Positions 39,101-52,569 of a stretch of DNA of 64,000 nt are shown here, piece by piece (the stretch's first letter is position 1; every line of letters starts with the position of its first letter). The notes beneath the pieces are model-generated. The model was not told the origin of the DNA, searched no databases, and worked only from the letters and a program-made list of their open reading frames with translations. The DNA lies in the NCBI RefSeq assembly GCF_030684315.1, contig NC_081382.1, positions 9,611,267 through 9,675,266 of the forward strand, given 5' to 3'. Origin of the DNA: Stegostoma tigrinum (Eukaryota). Position numbers and translations under genes: made by a program.

Positions 39101-39569
39101 ATTTGACTTCACTTCTGTGAGGGGGAAGGGAGTATTGACCATGGGACATTCACTTTCCCTGATCCCTGCCTGCCAGTCAGCCCATGCAGTAAAAGTTGAT
39201 GGTCGATCCTTTTTTCGTTCCACCCTTTTCAACAGACCAGAAAATGTTAATGGAGATAGGACAAGGCCTTTAAAAAAAGCTGTCCACTTGGGGGCTTCCA
39301 AAGCTCTGAAGGTTGGAGATGGGGTCATTTTCTGTCTGGCACTTTCCCGAGAAGCTTCCTTTAGGTTGATTTGCCTAATAGGCAATGCTTATGTTCGTCC
39401 TGTCATGCAGGATCTAGGTGTAGCATTAAAAATTCCAATAAATTTTTTTTGCAGCTATTATATACAAACATTCAATTTCTCAGGTACGTAAATCTCTTGG
39501 GTTAACGTTAAGTTGTGAGGTTACATGGTGAAACACGGTTCTGGTAGAATGTCACATCTCAAGTGGTAT

Positions 39570-40000
39570 TACGCAAAATGGAGTATGAGAGGGGGATGGA
39601 GGGACATGTCATTGAAATTTATGGAATTGTCACAAGACTAGACAGGATTATTGCAGGGAGGATGTTCCTGATGAACAGGAGGTCATGAACTAGAGGCTAG
39701 CAGTTTAAGGGTACAAGGTAGGCTATTTGGGATTGAGATGAGGAGAAATTTCTTCACCCAGAGAGTGTGAGGCTAGGGTATTCTCTGCCATGGAAAGTGG
39801 TTGAGGCCAAACATTGAAAGCTTTCAAGAAGGAGTTGGATATGGTTATTCGAACTAAAACAATCAAAGGGAATGGGTCAAAAGTGGAAACAGGGGACTGA
39901 GATAACTGAGCTGCCATGATTGTATTGAAGTGTGGAGCAAGCCCAAAGGGCTGAATGGCCTGCTCCTGTTTTTATTTTCTTTGAATCTTTGTTTCTATGA
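39570..40000 (+). mobile_element. Old CR1 3' fragment
   Basis: AGTATGAGAGGGG...GAGATGAGGAGAAATTTCTTCACCCAGAGAGTG...AAGGGCTGAATGGCCTGCTCCTG. Confidence 0.75.
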
Positions 40001-40344
40001 GACCTTTATACCTTTAGGTGACATATTATAATACGCTGATGACATTGTAAGCATGTGGCTTAAAGGTACACCGGCTTACTGACCATGAGACAAAATACTA
40101 CATTGCCCAGCCAGTAGGGCAAAAATGTTGGGAGCAGATGGGAAAACAGCAAGCTTGCTATCCAATTAAATGTAAATTACATGCCACACCATTTTCAAAT
40201 ATGTTGGTAGTTTGCGGCAAACTCCATTTCAAATGTAGTTATTGATTGACATTTTAAGACTTCAAAAATTGACACTGTTTTCTCCATATATTAAGCTATG
40301 ATTGTGTCATTTAATGTACCTTTTAAAATTGAGACGAATAATTG

Positions 40345-40745
40345 CAATGCAGCACTGAGAGATAGGCGTGATCTTTGGGAGTGTTGTCTTTCAGGTGAGA
40401 CGACCATAGTTCTATCCAATCTCTCAGGTCAAGGTAAATCAGAAAGTTGAAGCAGGTGAAAGTTTTATTTCTGTCTGCAAAGAACAAGAGCCTATGTATT
40501 CAAATTGAAGAGAAAGAAATTTATCCCCAATGTTTTGAAGAATATTTATCCCCAAGTAACTTCACTGAAAGAGATGAGCCAATCATTATAGTATTGCTGT
40601 CTTTGGGAGTGAGTTGAATGGAAAATGGCTGTTGGTTTTCTTATATTCCATCAGTTACTGTGCTTCACAATGTTGCTCAGTGACTTTGAGGCATTTTAGA
40701 ACATCCTGAAGATGTGAAAGACATTATATAAAATGTGCTTCTTTC
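40345..40745 (+). mobile_element. Old Deu-domain SINE
   Basis: GTCTTTCAGGTGAGACG...AATATTTATCCCC...TATTGCTGTCTTTGGGAG...CATCCTGAAGATGTGAAAGACATTATATAAAATG. Confidence 0.65.
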
Positions 40746-41282
40746 TCACTTTCCTGATTGCATCTCAATGGTATGTGTTGTGCTTAGGCAATGAAAGATT
40801 CTGCATTCTATCCTTATATGGCTAACAACTTTATTTTTAACTCATTATGTTAAAGTTATGAACTAATGCTTACATTATTCAGGAGCACCATACCAGTTCT
40901 AGCTGAAGGCTCTGGACATCTGTTTAATGAAGCTTCCTGTATATGTTGGGGAAATGGCAAATGAATTAAACAGTTCTGCAGCAGTTTAACTCTGAACATT
41001 GAACGTCAAATTGTACGATATTTCAACCATTTGTATAATTGGCTGACCAAACTGCTAATCACATTTTAATTAAAAACTTTCATTGGACCACGCAGTTCTT
41101 AATATCTCAGAATACATTTTTAAAAATAAAAGTTACATTAATTTTAAAAATGATTCCAAACATTGCGGATCATTGATTAAAAGCATTCTTGCGTAGTGCA
41201 CCCTCCCTGCTGCCTTGCTGAGTAATTCTGCAGATCATGTTGCATTCTGTTGTAATTCAGATGCCAAACCTACTCTTTTGCT

Positions 41283-43038
41283 AGATAATAAAATGTGAGG
41301 CTGGATGAACACAGCAGGCCAAGCAGCATCTCAGGAGCACAAAAGCTGACGTTTCGGGCCTAGACCCTTCATCAGAGAGGGGGATGGGGAGAGGGAACTG
41401 GAATAAATAGGGAGAGAGGGGGAGGCGGACCGAAGATGGAGAGTAAAGAAGATAGGTGGAGAGAGTATAGGTGGGGAGGTAGGGAGGGGATAGGTCAGTC
41501 CAGGGAAGACGGACAGGTCAAGGAGGTGGGATGAGGTTAGTAGGTAGATGGGGGTGCAGCTTAGGGTGGGAGGAAGGGATGGGTGAGAGGAAGAACAGGT
41601 TAGGGAGGCAGAGACAGGTTGGACTGGTTTTGGGATGCAGTGGGTGGAGGGGAAGAGATGGGCTGGTTGTGTGGTGCAGTGGTGGGGGGGAGAGGATGAA
41701 CTGGGCTGATTTAGGGATGCAGTTGGGGAAGGGGAGATATTGAAACTGGTGAAGTCCACATTGATACCATATGGCTGCAGGGTTCCCAGGCGGAATATGA
41801 GTTGCTGTTCCTGCAACCTTCGGGTGGCATCATTGTGGCAGTGCAGGAGGCCCATGATGGACATGTCATCTAAAGAATGGGAGGGGGAGTGGAAATGGTT
41901 TGCGACTGGGAGGTGCAGTTGTTTGTTGCGAACTGAGCGGAGGTGTTCTGCAAAGAGGTCTCCAAGCTTCCGCTTGGTTTCCCCAATGTAGAGGAAGCCA
42001 CACCAGGTACAGTGGATGCAGTATACCACATTGGCAGATGTACAGGTGAACGTCTGCTTAATGTGGAATGTCATCTTGGGGCCTGGGATAGGGGTGAGGG
42101 AGGAGGTGTGGGGGCAAGTGTAGCATTTCCTGCGGTTGCAGGGGAAGGTGCCGGGTGTGGTGGGGTTGGAGGACAGTGTGGAGCGAACAAGGGAGTCACG
42201 GAGAGAGTGGTCTCTCCGGAAAGCAGACAGGGGTGGGGATGGAAAAATGTCTTGGGTGGTGGGGTCAGATTGTAAATGGCGTTAGTGTCGGAGGATGATG
42301 TGTTGTATCCGGAGGTTGGTAGGGTGGTGTGTGAGAACGAGGGGGATCCTCTTAGGGCGGTTGTGGCGCGGGCGGTGTGTGAGGGATGTGTTGCGGGAAA
42401 TACGGGAGACGCGGTCAAGGGCGTTCTCGATCACTGTGGGGGAAAGTTGCGGTCCTTGAAGAACTTGGACATCTGGGATGTGCGGGAGTGGAATGTCTTA
42501 TCGTGGGAGCAGATGCGGTGGAGGCGGAGGAATTGGGAATAGGGGATGGAATTTTTGCAGGAGGGTGGGTGGGAGGAGGTGTATTCTAGGTAGCTGTGGG
42601 AGTCGGTGGGCCTGAAATGGACATCAGTTACAAGCTGGTTGCCTGAGATGGAGACTGAGAGGTCCAGGAAGGTGAGGGATGTGCTGGAGATGGCCCAGGT
42701 GAACTGAAGGTTGGGGTGGAAGGTGTTGGTGAAGTGGATGAACTGTTCGAGCTCCTCTGGGGAGCAAGAGGCGGCGCCGATACAGTCATCAATGTACCGG
42801 AGGAAGAGGTGGGGTTTGGGGCCTGTGTAGGTGCGGAAGAGGGACTGTTCCACGTAACCTACAAAGAGGCAGGCATAGCTGGGGCCCATGCGGGTGCCCA
42901 TGGCCACCCACTTAGTCTGTAGGAAGTGGGAGGAGTCAAAAGAGAAGTTGTTGAGTGTGAGGACGAGTTCAGCTAGGCGGATGAGAGTGTCGGTGGAGGG
43001 GGACTGGTCGGGCCTGCGGGACAGGAAGAAGCGGAGGG
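41283..43038 (-). mobile_element. Penelope-like retroelement, 5'-truncated (RT C-terminal half plus GIY-YIG endonuclease), young but disrupted
   Basis: RT: MAMGTRMGPSYACLF, RYIDD, FLD, RPTDSHSYL. GIY-YIG: NVVYCIHCTWCGFLYIGETKR..FAEH..PVANHF..EQQLIFRLGT..GIN. TSD CCTACTCTTTTGCT at 41269-41282 and 43039-43052. Confidence 0.96.
41346..41377 (-). ncRNA. Minimal hammerhead ribozyme motif in the PLE terminus
   Basis: CU-CUGAUGA-A-GGGU-CUAG-GCCC-GAA-ACGU-C-AG on the PLE sense strand. Confidence 0.65.
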
Positions 43039-44205
43039 CCTACTCTTTTGCTGTTCCTTTTCTCAAACTGTTCAGCGACATGCTTCACTTCAACATTCCT
43101 CCATGGTGTTACTTTTCATTTTGATTGCCTCTAAAGCTGTATTTATTTTTCTATTGCCCCTTCCTCTTTCTGTTACCGTCCCCTCCTCTTAAATTAACCC
43201 TTTCTACTGCACTGTTCATCATGCTGCTTAAGGCTTCTGCAATGCTAGATAATCAATCTTAAAGACAGCTTTAAAGACGCTCAATATAATTCAAGGACCA
43301 TTTAACATCTGAAATGAACATCGTCTCCTCATGCAACATCCTTCTAAGGAAGTAACGCATAATTACAGTGTGTAAAACAAAGGCAATGTATTAATCGTGG
43401 TGGACTTCATATAGGCTGCTCAAAACAAATCACTGAAGACAGTCAGGAGGATGAATTTGCAGAACCAGAAATGGTAAAATTACTTTAGATCTTGATCTGT
43501 GAAATGAGGCAGGTTTAACCACTATCCTCATCGCATATACTCTTGGGAAAATGTTGTCACAGTAAAATTGAACTCCATATTAAATTTAAAACACAAGACT
43601 AAGAAAATTAAATGTCCAGGTTGGCTTTGTTGGTGAAATGAATACATTGTGGTGATGCAGAATTGGGGGGTTTATTCAATGCTGGGGAAAAGGAGCAGAA
43701 AACTGGTTGAGGAGGCATCAGGAATTGTGATGGAGCGAAGCTCAAGATATAAAGGAGGGAGTTGGCAGTAAATGAGAGGGCATGGGAAATGATGGAACTG
43801 GGGATGTTATCAATCATCACCACCACTTTGACCTACATGGGGTGGGGTGGGGGAGTCAGTGGGGGTACAATGAAGCATAATGGTAGATTTTACCAAACTA
43901 CAGTGCCAGGGCATATGGGCAAGGAGAAATGTTGGGGTATTCTTTAATGTGGTGGGTGATGACATATTGAGGTTTAAGGGAGATAGACTGTCCAGAGGCA
44001 GGAAATGGAACAGGACGTAGAGGCTCTGGGGAGGTACATGCTGACCAGGCCAAGCCCCATTCTGAGGCTGTTCCATGTCATGACTTTCCAATTGCTTGAA
44101 GTGACCTGCAACTGGAAAAATACCCAAGGTGGACAAAATCAGTTTCAGCTTGATGGGCAAAAGCACAGGCTTCACTTCTGCTTGATAGAACTGCATTGAA
44201 GTTTG

Positions 44206-44530
44206 ATTCATTCATGTGCTGTAGGTGTTATTGTTGAGGTCAGCATTTATTACCTAACCCTAATCACCCAGAGAGTAATTGAGAGTCAACTGTATTGCTG
44301 TGGGTCTGGAGTCAGATGTCAGTCAGACCAGTTAGGAACAGCAGTTTCCTTCCCTAAAGGACATTGTTGAACCTGATGCTTTTCTTCCCGACAATCATTT
44401 CATGGCTATTATTAGACTCTTTATTCCAGATTTATTTATACTGAATTCAAATAATCTGGCAGGACATGAACCTATTACCTGGGTCCCTGAATTAATGGTC
44501 TAGCAATGACACCATTAAGCCATCAACTCT
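44206..44530 (-). mobile_element. tRNA-derived SINE with LINE-derived tail
   Basis: Homologous to 55528-55852 and 2514-2778. Confidence 0.8.
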
Positions 44531-44531
44531 T

Positions 44532-45050
44532 GAGAAAGGGTATACTCGCACTGGACAGAGTGCAGAGGAGCTTCACTAGGTTGTTTCAGAGTTGAGGGGG
44601 TTGGCTTATGGGGAGAGATTGAGTAGACTGGGAGTATATTCATTGGAATTTAGAAGAATGCGGGGAGATCTCACAGAAACAGATAAAATTATGAAGGGAA
44701 TAAGTGAGATTGAAGCAGAGAGGTTGTTTCCACTGGCAGGTGTAACTAGAAGTATGGGTGAAGTCTCAAAATAAGGGGGAGTAGAATGAGGACACAGTTG
44801 AGGAGAAATGTCATCACCTGTGAATCTGTGGAATTCCCTGCCCAATGAAGCAGTTGAGGATATCACTTTGAATGTTTTTAAGGCAAAAATATATAGATTT
44901 TTGAACGGTAAAGAAATTAAAGGCTATGGAGATCGGGTAGGTAAGTGGAGCTGGCTCCATGAGAAGATCAGCTATGATCTTATTGAAAGGCGATCTGGCT
45001 TGAAGGGTCATATGTTCTACTCCTGCTCTTATTTCTTACATTCCTATGTT
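44532..45050 (+). mobile_element. CR1 3' fragment
   Basis: ORF 44592..44774 reads GLAYGERLSRLGVYSLEFRRMRGDL, followed by VNLWNSLP. Confidence 0.85.
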
Positions 45051-45799
45051 CTCCTGGCCCAGCAGTCTTGCACTTACAGAATGGAATTTTACCATCATTT
45101 GCAATGATTCCCTTGTATCTGAAAAGCATGCAATAGACACATACATGATGTGCAAATGTTGATACTGCTTGCAAACCACGTATGAGATATTTCCATAAAG
45201 CTGAAACAATCATAGCTGACATTTAAAGAGCCACCTGTGGGACACAACAAACTCAGTTCTTGTGAGAAATCCAAGGCAGCAGTGGGAAATGAACCTGAAT
45301 CCCTTTCTCCCTGAAATCCAGGTATTATGTTTTATGCATATATTATCTGAAATACATGAATAACTTTTGTGGGTTATGCAGAGATGGGGGAGGGATTGGC
45401 TTAGTATGCATGAGACACTTCCACTAGATTGGTGCCACATGACCCTTAGACCAATAGTAAAAGTGAGTTCCTATCCAGTTCAACACCTCGCTACCTTGAG
45501 GGTATGATCCATGTCTTCTTGTATGGAGGAGAGTGTTCAGCCAACATCAGTACAGCATGTGAGCACCATCTCCTCTCATAGATAATAGTGTTCTGATTCT
45601 TATGTTCCCAACACAGGTTCATTGCAAGATGGGGATCCAGCTGCATGCAGTGTGAGAGCTGCAGTGATTGCCTTGCAAAGAACTCACCTTCTTGGTGAGA
45701 TGGAAAATATGCGGATGTGCCAGCAAACCTGGGAGCAGCAGCAACCTGGTACAGAAGCGATGGGCCTCCTGCACAGGAAGAGGTTACAGATGCAGAGCC

Positions 45800-46470
45800 C
45801 TTCAGGATTCATGGGGGCACAGGAGGTTCAGTGTATTTCAGCCTCAAAGCCATTTCTTCCAAATGTGTGAGGCATAGTGTTGACACTGGCTCCCTATGTC
45901 CCAGTGACTGAATCATGCCAACAGCTGAATTGGTACCTGTGAGGCCATTCTATCTCAGGGGCTGTGAATGGGGCAATTATACTGAACTCTATATGACATT
46001 CTCCTTCCATGGAGCTGCCTGTGCATGGGATCTCTCAGTCCCCTATCCACAACTGCACCAAGAGGGTGATCAATGCTATTTATATAAGATCAGACCAGAT
46101 CATTTTATTCCCTCAGGACATGGTCAACCCTGCCCATAGGATTTGGAAACTGGCATCCTACAGTTGCAGAGTGCCATTGATTGTACACGTCATGCGGAGA
46201 GGGCTGGCTCACAATGTTGTGGATTTATTACGCAACTTTCCATCCCAGCAATTTGCAAGCAGTCTGTGATCACTGGTTCCTCTTTGTATGTTAGCCTTAT
46301 ACCCTGGCAACTGCCAAGACCCCTGTTTCCTGGAGAACTCCCATCACCCTGCTGTACTTGAGGGTCCAGGTGCCATACAATGCTGGTCACAAGGGCTTGC
46401 AACCATGACTGATGATGATAACTGACATGTGTGTGTCACAACATCCTAGCATGGTGTGACCTTTGTAACT
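45800..46470 (+). pseudogene. PIF/Harbinger (HARBI1-like) DDE transposase remnant
   Basis: Across frames: VFQPQSHFFQMCE, HGISQSPIHNCTKRVINAIYIRSDQIILFPQD and GILQLQSAIDCTRH (cf. GFP.V.GAIDCTHV). Frameshifted and internally deleted. Confidence 0.75.
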
Positions 46471-48279
46471 GGACGAGTCCACCAGGGATTGTGTTGAATG
46501 CTGAGGAACTGGGAGAGCAGAAGTGGTTTATGGAGGAGAAAGATATGAACACTGAGAAGGAGGAGGAGCCTCTGCAATACAGGCTAAACATGATGAGCAA
46601 TTAGTTTTGTGGATACTTGTAGCAAGCAATCTTTGATTGAAAATAGGGGCTGGTCAACTTGTTCAAGATTTTCTTGCGTCATGGGAACAAAATGCAACTT
46701 GTGTTTTCTTTATTGCTGTTTGCTTTTGGAGTTTATAATTAAAATATAATTTCTGAATCTGTTTTAAGGCTTTCCTGCATATGATGATCCCCACTGAGCA
46801 ATGATAAAATGCTGGGCTACATTGGGTTGCAGTGACTTTGAGATGGAAGTAACATGAGATATAGGTTAAGGACAGTTAAACAGTGGGTCCTGGTGTTTAA
46901 CTAATAACTAAGGTAAAAAAAAGTAAATGCCTGTGTATGTGGAAGTGGCTCTGTGCAAGCTATATGGCATGAAATACATTGGCCTGTGGGAGCTGACAGT
47001 GATGGGTAACCTCACAATGCCATCTCTTCTTCCACTAGTCTTAAAACAAGGCATTGACATTAGAAATATTGATATGTCCTGGGATGCTCAGGCCCTGGCA
47101 AATTCTTTCAGCTACAGTAAATGGGAGAATCCAACAGATGACAGGGGCTCCACAAGGTCCAACGGCCTACCTTGTCTTTAGCCACATCCCATCTCACCAC
47201 CCTCCCTAAGTCATTGCAACTCATTTTCCAAGGTGAATAGTTAATGACATGAGTTTGGGACAATTGTACCAGAAAACTCATGAGGCGTCAAGGAGAGAAT
47301 CCCTCCATGGATTTCAAAGAAGTTGACACTTAGCCAAAAACGTAAAGCTTGTCATTACACTTTCCAGCATTAAACATCAAAGAGCAATCTGTCAAAAAAA
47401 AACACAGTAAAACAGTTTGTTTTCATCCTTGTTAAAAATGTCTCCTAGTGCATTTGGGCTGATCACCTGAGTGAGAGCATGTTGCAGCCAATCTGTTGTC
47501 ATTGCTTCTGTTGTTGATTACTGGGCTAAGGTTAGGGTTAGAAGATGATGTTATTCCTTGTCCAACTGAATATTTAGTGGCCCAACCTATTTGCTACAAC
47601 AATTTCACTTTCTGGCGAGATTGGACTGGAGGTAGGACTGTTCTCTGCTTGAGCTGTCTTGAAACAGTTATCCCTTAGACATTGTGATAGATGACATTCT
47701 GAACAGAATGCCTGCTGGTCTGACTGTTCCAAGATGCTTGTTTTCTGCTACAGAATGGTTGACAAATCTGAAGTTTCTTTGGCAATGTCTATATTGTTTT
47801 GTTTGGCACTCATTGCATCAACTTCATTTTGTCTCCAGTCGACAGCACTTTAAACTTTCTCACAAGTTTAATGTCACTTGTATGTTTTCTCAAAAAGATC
47901 TTGGTGCCAAATGATAACATGCCTGCAGTTCTTTAATTTTGTGCTCTGATTCAGTCTAACTCTGCTTTGGTTGGTTCAATCACACAGTATTAAAACACAG
48001 AAAAAGGCCATTTAAGCATTTTGTCCGTATCCATCATGAAACACCTATCTACCTAAATCCTATAACCTGCATTTGGCCCATAGCTTTGAAAGCTATGGCA
48101 TTTGAAGCATTCATCTAAATACTTCTTAAATGCTGTAATGATTCATCACTCCACCATCCATTCACGAGTTCCAGGTACCCAACATATTCTGGATTAAAAG
48201 AATAGTTCTTATATCCCACCTAAACTTCCTTTCCCTTACCATAAATCAATGCTCCGTAATAATGGACCCCTCTCCTTGT

Positions 48280-48572
48280 CATAGAATCCCTACAGTGTGG
48301 GGACAGGCCCTTTGGTCCAACAAGTCCACACAAAGCCTCAAAGCATCCCAGCCCACTACAACCCATCGAATCTACATAGCCCTGAACACTACAGGCAATT
48401 TAGCATGGCCAATCCACTTAGCCTGCACATCCTTGGACTGTGGGAGGAAACCCACACAGACACAGGGAGAATGTGCAAACTCCACACAGACTGTTGCTGA
48501 AAAGGGCAGAATCGAACCTGGGTCCCTGGGGCTGTGAGGCAGCGATGCTAACCATTGAGCCACTGTGCCGCC
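48280..48572 (-). mobile_element. HE1-type V-SINE
   Basis: GGCACAGTGGCTCAATGGTTAGC head, GGTTCGATTC B-box and V-core. Confidence 0.9.
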
Positions 48573-48689
48573 CTATATGCCTTATGGGGAAGGTTTATTC
48601 TTATCCAAATTACTTATGCCCTTAATGATTCTGTACACCTCAGTCAGACCCCCTCACCCTTCTCTGCTCCAAAGAAAACAATCCTACCA

Positions 48690-48830
48690 TCGTCTCCAAT
48701 GAAGGGTCTGGGCCCGAAACGTCAGCTTTTGTGCTCCTGAGATGCTGCTTGGCCTGCTGTGTTCATTCAGCTCCACACTTTGTTATCTTGAATTCTCCAG
48801 AATCTGCTGTTCCTATTATCTCTGATCTCG
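48690..48830 (+). mobile_element. Short PLE terminus insertion (hammerhead core mutated)
   Basis: CCAATGAAGGGTCTGGGCCCGAAACGTCAGCTTTTGTGCTCC... Imperfect flanking repeat AATCC(T/G)ACCA. Confidence 0.8.
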
Positions 48831-49689
48831 AATCCGACCAATGTAATCTCTCTTCATAGCTGAAGTATTCCTGCCTGGGAACTTTCTCCTGGAAAATTAG
48901 TTTAAACTGCTCCACTAATAGATCTAGCAAATTTCCTGCAAGCACGTTGATTCCAATCCATTTCAAGCGCAATACAGTGGACCTGTGTTTGTCCCACCTT
49001 ACCCAGAATTGGAATCAATAATCCAGGATTCTAAAGCCCTCCTTTTCTCACCAAATCTTCAGACAGATATTCATCCACTCCATTCATCTATTTCTACACT
49101 CACTAGCACACAATGCTGGGAGTAAACTAAAGATTCCAGACTTTGAACTCTTGCGTATGAATCTTAGTATCCTGAAAGTTTGTTGCAGGGCCTTATCTCT
49201 CTTTATAATATGAACCATAACCTGTTACTATCTTCTCTCTTCAGGATGCCCTGCAGCTGTTCAATGTTATCATTGACCCTAGGAGAGGCTGCATATCATC
49301 CTGGAGTCACATCTGTGGTTGCAGAATTGCCTATCTTTCACAGTTGAGCCTTCTATCTCAATCACTCTTCCGCTCTTTCTCCTCCCCGCAATGTGCAGTG
49401 GACCTGGGTGTATGCTCCAGTACAACTGTGTCTCCTACTGTTTTCCAGCACAAGACAAGATTGTTCGAGTTCAGCTAATTTGGAGTTCCAGTCAGAGCTC
49501 CAAATAATTACAGGCCCACCATAATTGGATTTCCTGCTCCCATGACACAAATGTCTAACACGTAGAATTTCAATTTACCTGCATTGATTTAGTACTATTT
49601 CACAATACTTTAAAATGGGCTTTTTAGTCATGCAAAGATTTGGAGTAAACTTGAGGAAACGTGAAATTTTAGGAATCAATAAATAACAC

Positions 49690-51150
49690 CGAAAAATTGG
49701 TGATTGAAAAGGAGAAAAATAGAATGAGAGTAAACTAATGAAGAATATAAAAAATGGAGCTTGTAAAATACTGTCAGTGCAATACTACAGGAAGTGACAG
49801 TGAAACTGGCCTAATTATTTGGGTCTTCTTCACAGCAAAGTTGAAAATTACATACCGGAAATAATTGATAACTAGTCGGCTAATGTGAGCAACAAATGTA
49901 AGCCAAATAATATGAGAAGTGAATATTATTGGAGAGATTTAATGAGCCAAAAACTGACAATGCTACAGAACCTGACGACTATGCCCTCACATTCTAAAGT
50001 AAATATTTGCAGAGATATAAATTGTACTGATTATAATTTCCCATAATTCTCTTGGAATTAGAATGGCCCCAGTTGATTGGATGTTAATGAAGGTAACACT
50101 GCTGTTCAAGAGAAAAGAGGAAGAATGGGAAGTGCAGGGTAGTTGACCTGATATCAGTCATTGGGAAAATTCTGGAATCTGGTGATAAGGATATTTTAAC
50201 AATGCATTTAGAAAATTAGAATACAGTTATATAGAGTCAACTTGGTTTTATGAAAGGGAAATCATATTTGCCAAATTTATTGGAGCGTTGTGAGGATATA
50301 ATTAGCATGATAGACAAAGGGGAGCGAGTAAATTTGCATTTATTACTTGTCCAAAAAACATTCAATAAGATGCCACAGAAAAGTTTGATGTGCAAGCTTA
50401 GGGATAGTGGAGTTGGGGTTTTACGTCAGCATGAATGGCGGATCATTTACAGACAGCAGAGAGTATAGATGAATGGAACATTTTGATGTTGTTTGCCTTA
50501 ACTCTTGGACTTCCACGAATATTTATGCTGTGCCTTCAACGCCTTATAATCTATATTCATGTCATGTGTCCACGCTCATTGACAATGCAAAGACCTGAGG
50601 GAATGTAAGTTGTAAATGTGCCTCTTGGAGGTTGAAACAAGATGTAAAGAGTTTAACTAAATGGGCAACAATGGACAGACAGAGTATAACGCAAACAAAT
50701 GTGATGTAATTCATTTCGGCGGTAGAACTAGTTGAGGTTTCCCAGTGGAGTGAAGCTGGGGCTATACTTCCTGATGTTCAGAAGAATATGAGCCAATCTC
50801 ATTGAAACATTCAAGATTCTGAAGGTAGGCACTAAGAGGTTACTTTGCTAAATCAAGTACATGAGAATGTTGTCTCACGATAAGGAATCAATTATATAGG
50901 GTTGGGATGAGGAAACATGTCGTGCTGTGAAACTTTGGAATGTCTACAACAGGTAGTTGATACATTATTATTATGTTTAAGGCGAAGATACATAGATTTT
51001 AGGTTCTTGAGGAAATCAAAATACGTAGGAACTGATAAAAAATGGATTTGATACTGGAGAGGAAGAAATATCATATTAAAGGCAGGGCCTTGTCAGCAGT
51101 TTTAGTTTTCTGTATATATCTGCTCTCGTTTCTTATCTTCTTAACTTAAG
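49690..51150 (+). mobile_element. Very old CR1 ORF2 remnant
   Basis: ORF 50250..50468 (MKGKSYLPNLLE...QKTFNKMPQKSL) resembles GF.KG.SCLTNLLE...FQKAFDKVPH. Confidence 0.7.
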
Positions 51151-52159
51151 TCATATCTATTGCTGACATATGTTTAAATTAGTGGATAAGGGTTCCGGCC
51201 TTAAATTAGTTTGTTTTTTATTTTAGTCAAGCTACAATGCAGATCAAGGCTGTAATTCAGTCCCGCTGTTCAGATCACATTGCATATACACTTTAATTCT
51301 CCTCCTTCTAACTTAGAATGTTAATACCGAAGACATAGAAGCAGGAGTAAGCCATACAATTAGATCTTAACATATGCTTTACATAGAATGGATTGGGCTG
51401 GGTGACAGTGTGTTGGAGGAAGGTTCAATTAGGAGGAAATTGGAATGTTATCAGAAAAGGAAGAAAGTGCTGGGCTGTGGGACAAAGGCATGATGTGGAG
51501 TGCTCCTGCATTGAGCTTGTGAAGAAACAATGTGTTGATTATCCTTCCTCTGTGCTGTAACCATAACATAATTCTATGATATGTTGCCTGCCATGGATAG
51601 AAACCAGACAAATGATGCAAATCTTTGGAGCAAAATATAGCCCCCATCAACCACATTGAATAACTGCAACATTTTCAATATCATTCCAAAATGATTGTTA
51701 TTATCCTTGTTTAAGAAAAATTGAGATCCCCATTCTTTGACCTGTTGCTGTTCTGAAACTTCTAAAAATTGAATTTAGTCTATTCTAATGTCAACAGTTT
51801 CAGACTCCTTTATGTAAAAGGTCATATTCTATCCCTCCTCACTAGCTCATGGAAAGTAAAGACGGTATACATTACAAAATATTACATGGTACACACAGAG
51901 CGAGAGGCCATTTGACCATTAGACAAAGCAGACGCTGGTGTTTTGAATGAACATCTTCCCACACATCGTTATCTAAACCCATCAACCTAGCTTTCTAATT
52001 TTATTTCCAACATGAGTTGACATAGCTGCTCCTTAAATGTTTGTGCTGTACGATGTAACTATTTCATGTTGTTCTTCAGTCAGAAAATGGTAATGAGACA
52101 ATTATGCAATATCTAGCATTGAAAGACTGAACCTTAAAAGGTCTGCACATTACGTTCAG

Positions 52160-52256
52160 AGGCCACAAGGTGTGGAGCTGGATGAACACAACAGACCAAG
52201 TGGCATCAGAGGAGCAGGAAGGCTGACATTTCGGGCCTAGACTCTTCTTCAGAAAC
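52160..52256 (-). mobile_element. Short PLE terminus fragment with decayed hammerhead
   Basis: Minus strand: CTGAAGA-A-GAGT-CTAG-GCCC-GAA-ATGT-C-AG, followed by the common terminus. Confidence 0.8.
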
Positions 52257-52569
52257 CATCTCCTTTCAAGTTGTATCATTTCTGTAAATCACACCGATTA
52301 TATTTTTGAATTCGCTCACATGAAACGGGTGTCACTGACTGGGCCAGCATTTATTCCCTCTGTGAAGGTGGTGGTGAGCTGCCTTCTTGAATTGTTGCTG
52401 ACCTTGTGTTGGAGGTACACTCACAGTGTAGCTAAATGGGTAATTCCAGATTTCAAGTTCCTCAGGAGATAGCGCACATTTGTATCACTAGGAAGCATGT
52501 TGCAAAAGTGGAGAATAAAATAAATCTTAGGCAGTTTTCCTTGCAAGCTTCCATCTTTATTTGAAAACC

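Larger units (their letters stand above)
47990..48890 (-). mobile_element. Old CR1 3' fragment carrying a nested V-SINE and a PLE terminus
   Basis: CR1 tail-like sequence at 47990-48270 resumes at 48575-48690 and 48835-48890. Confidence 0.6.
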
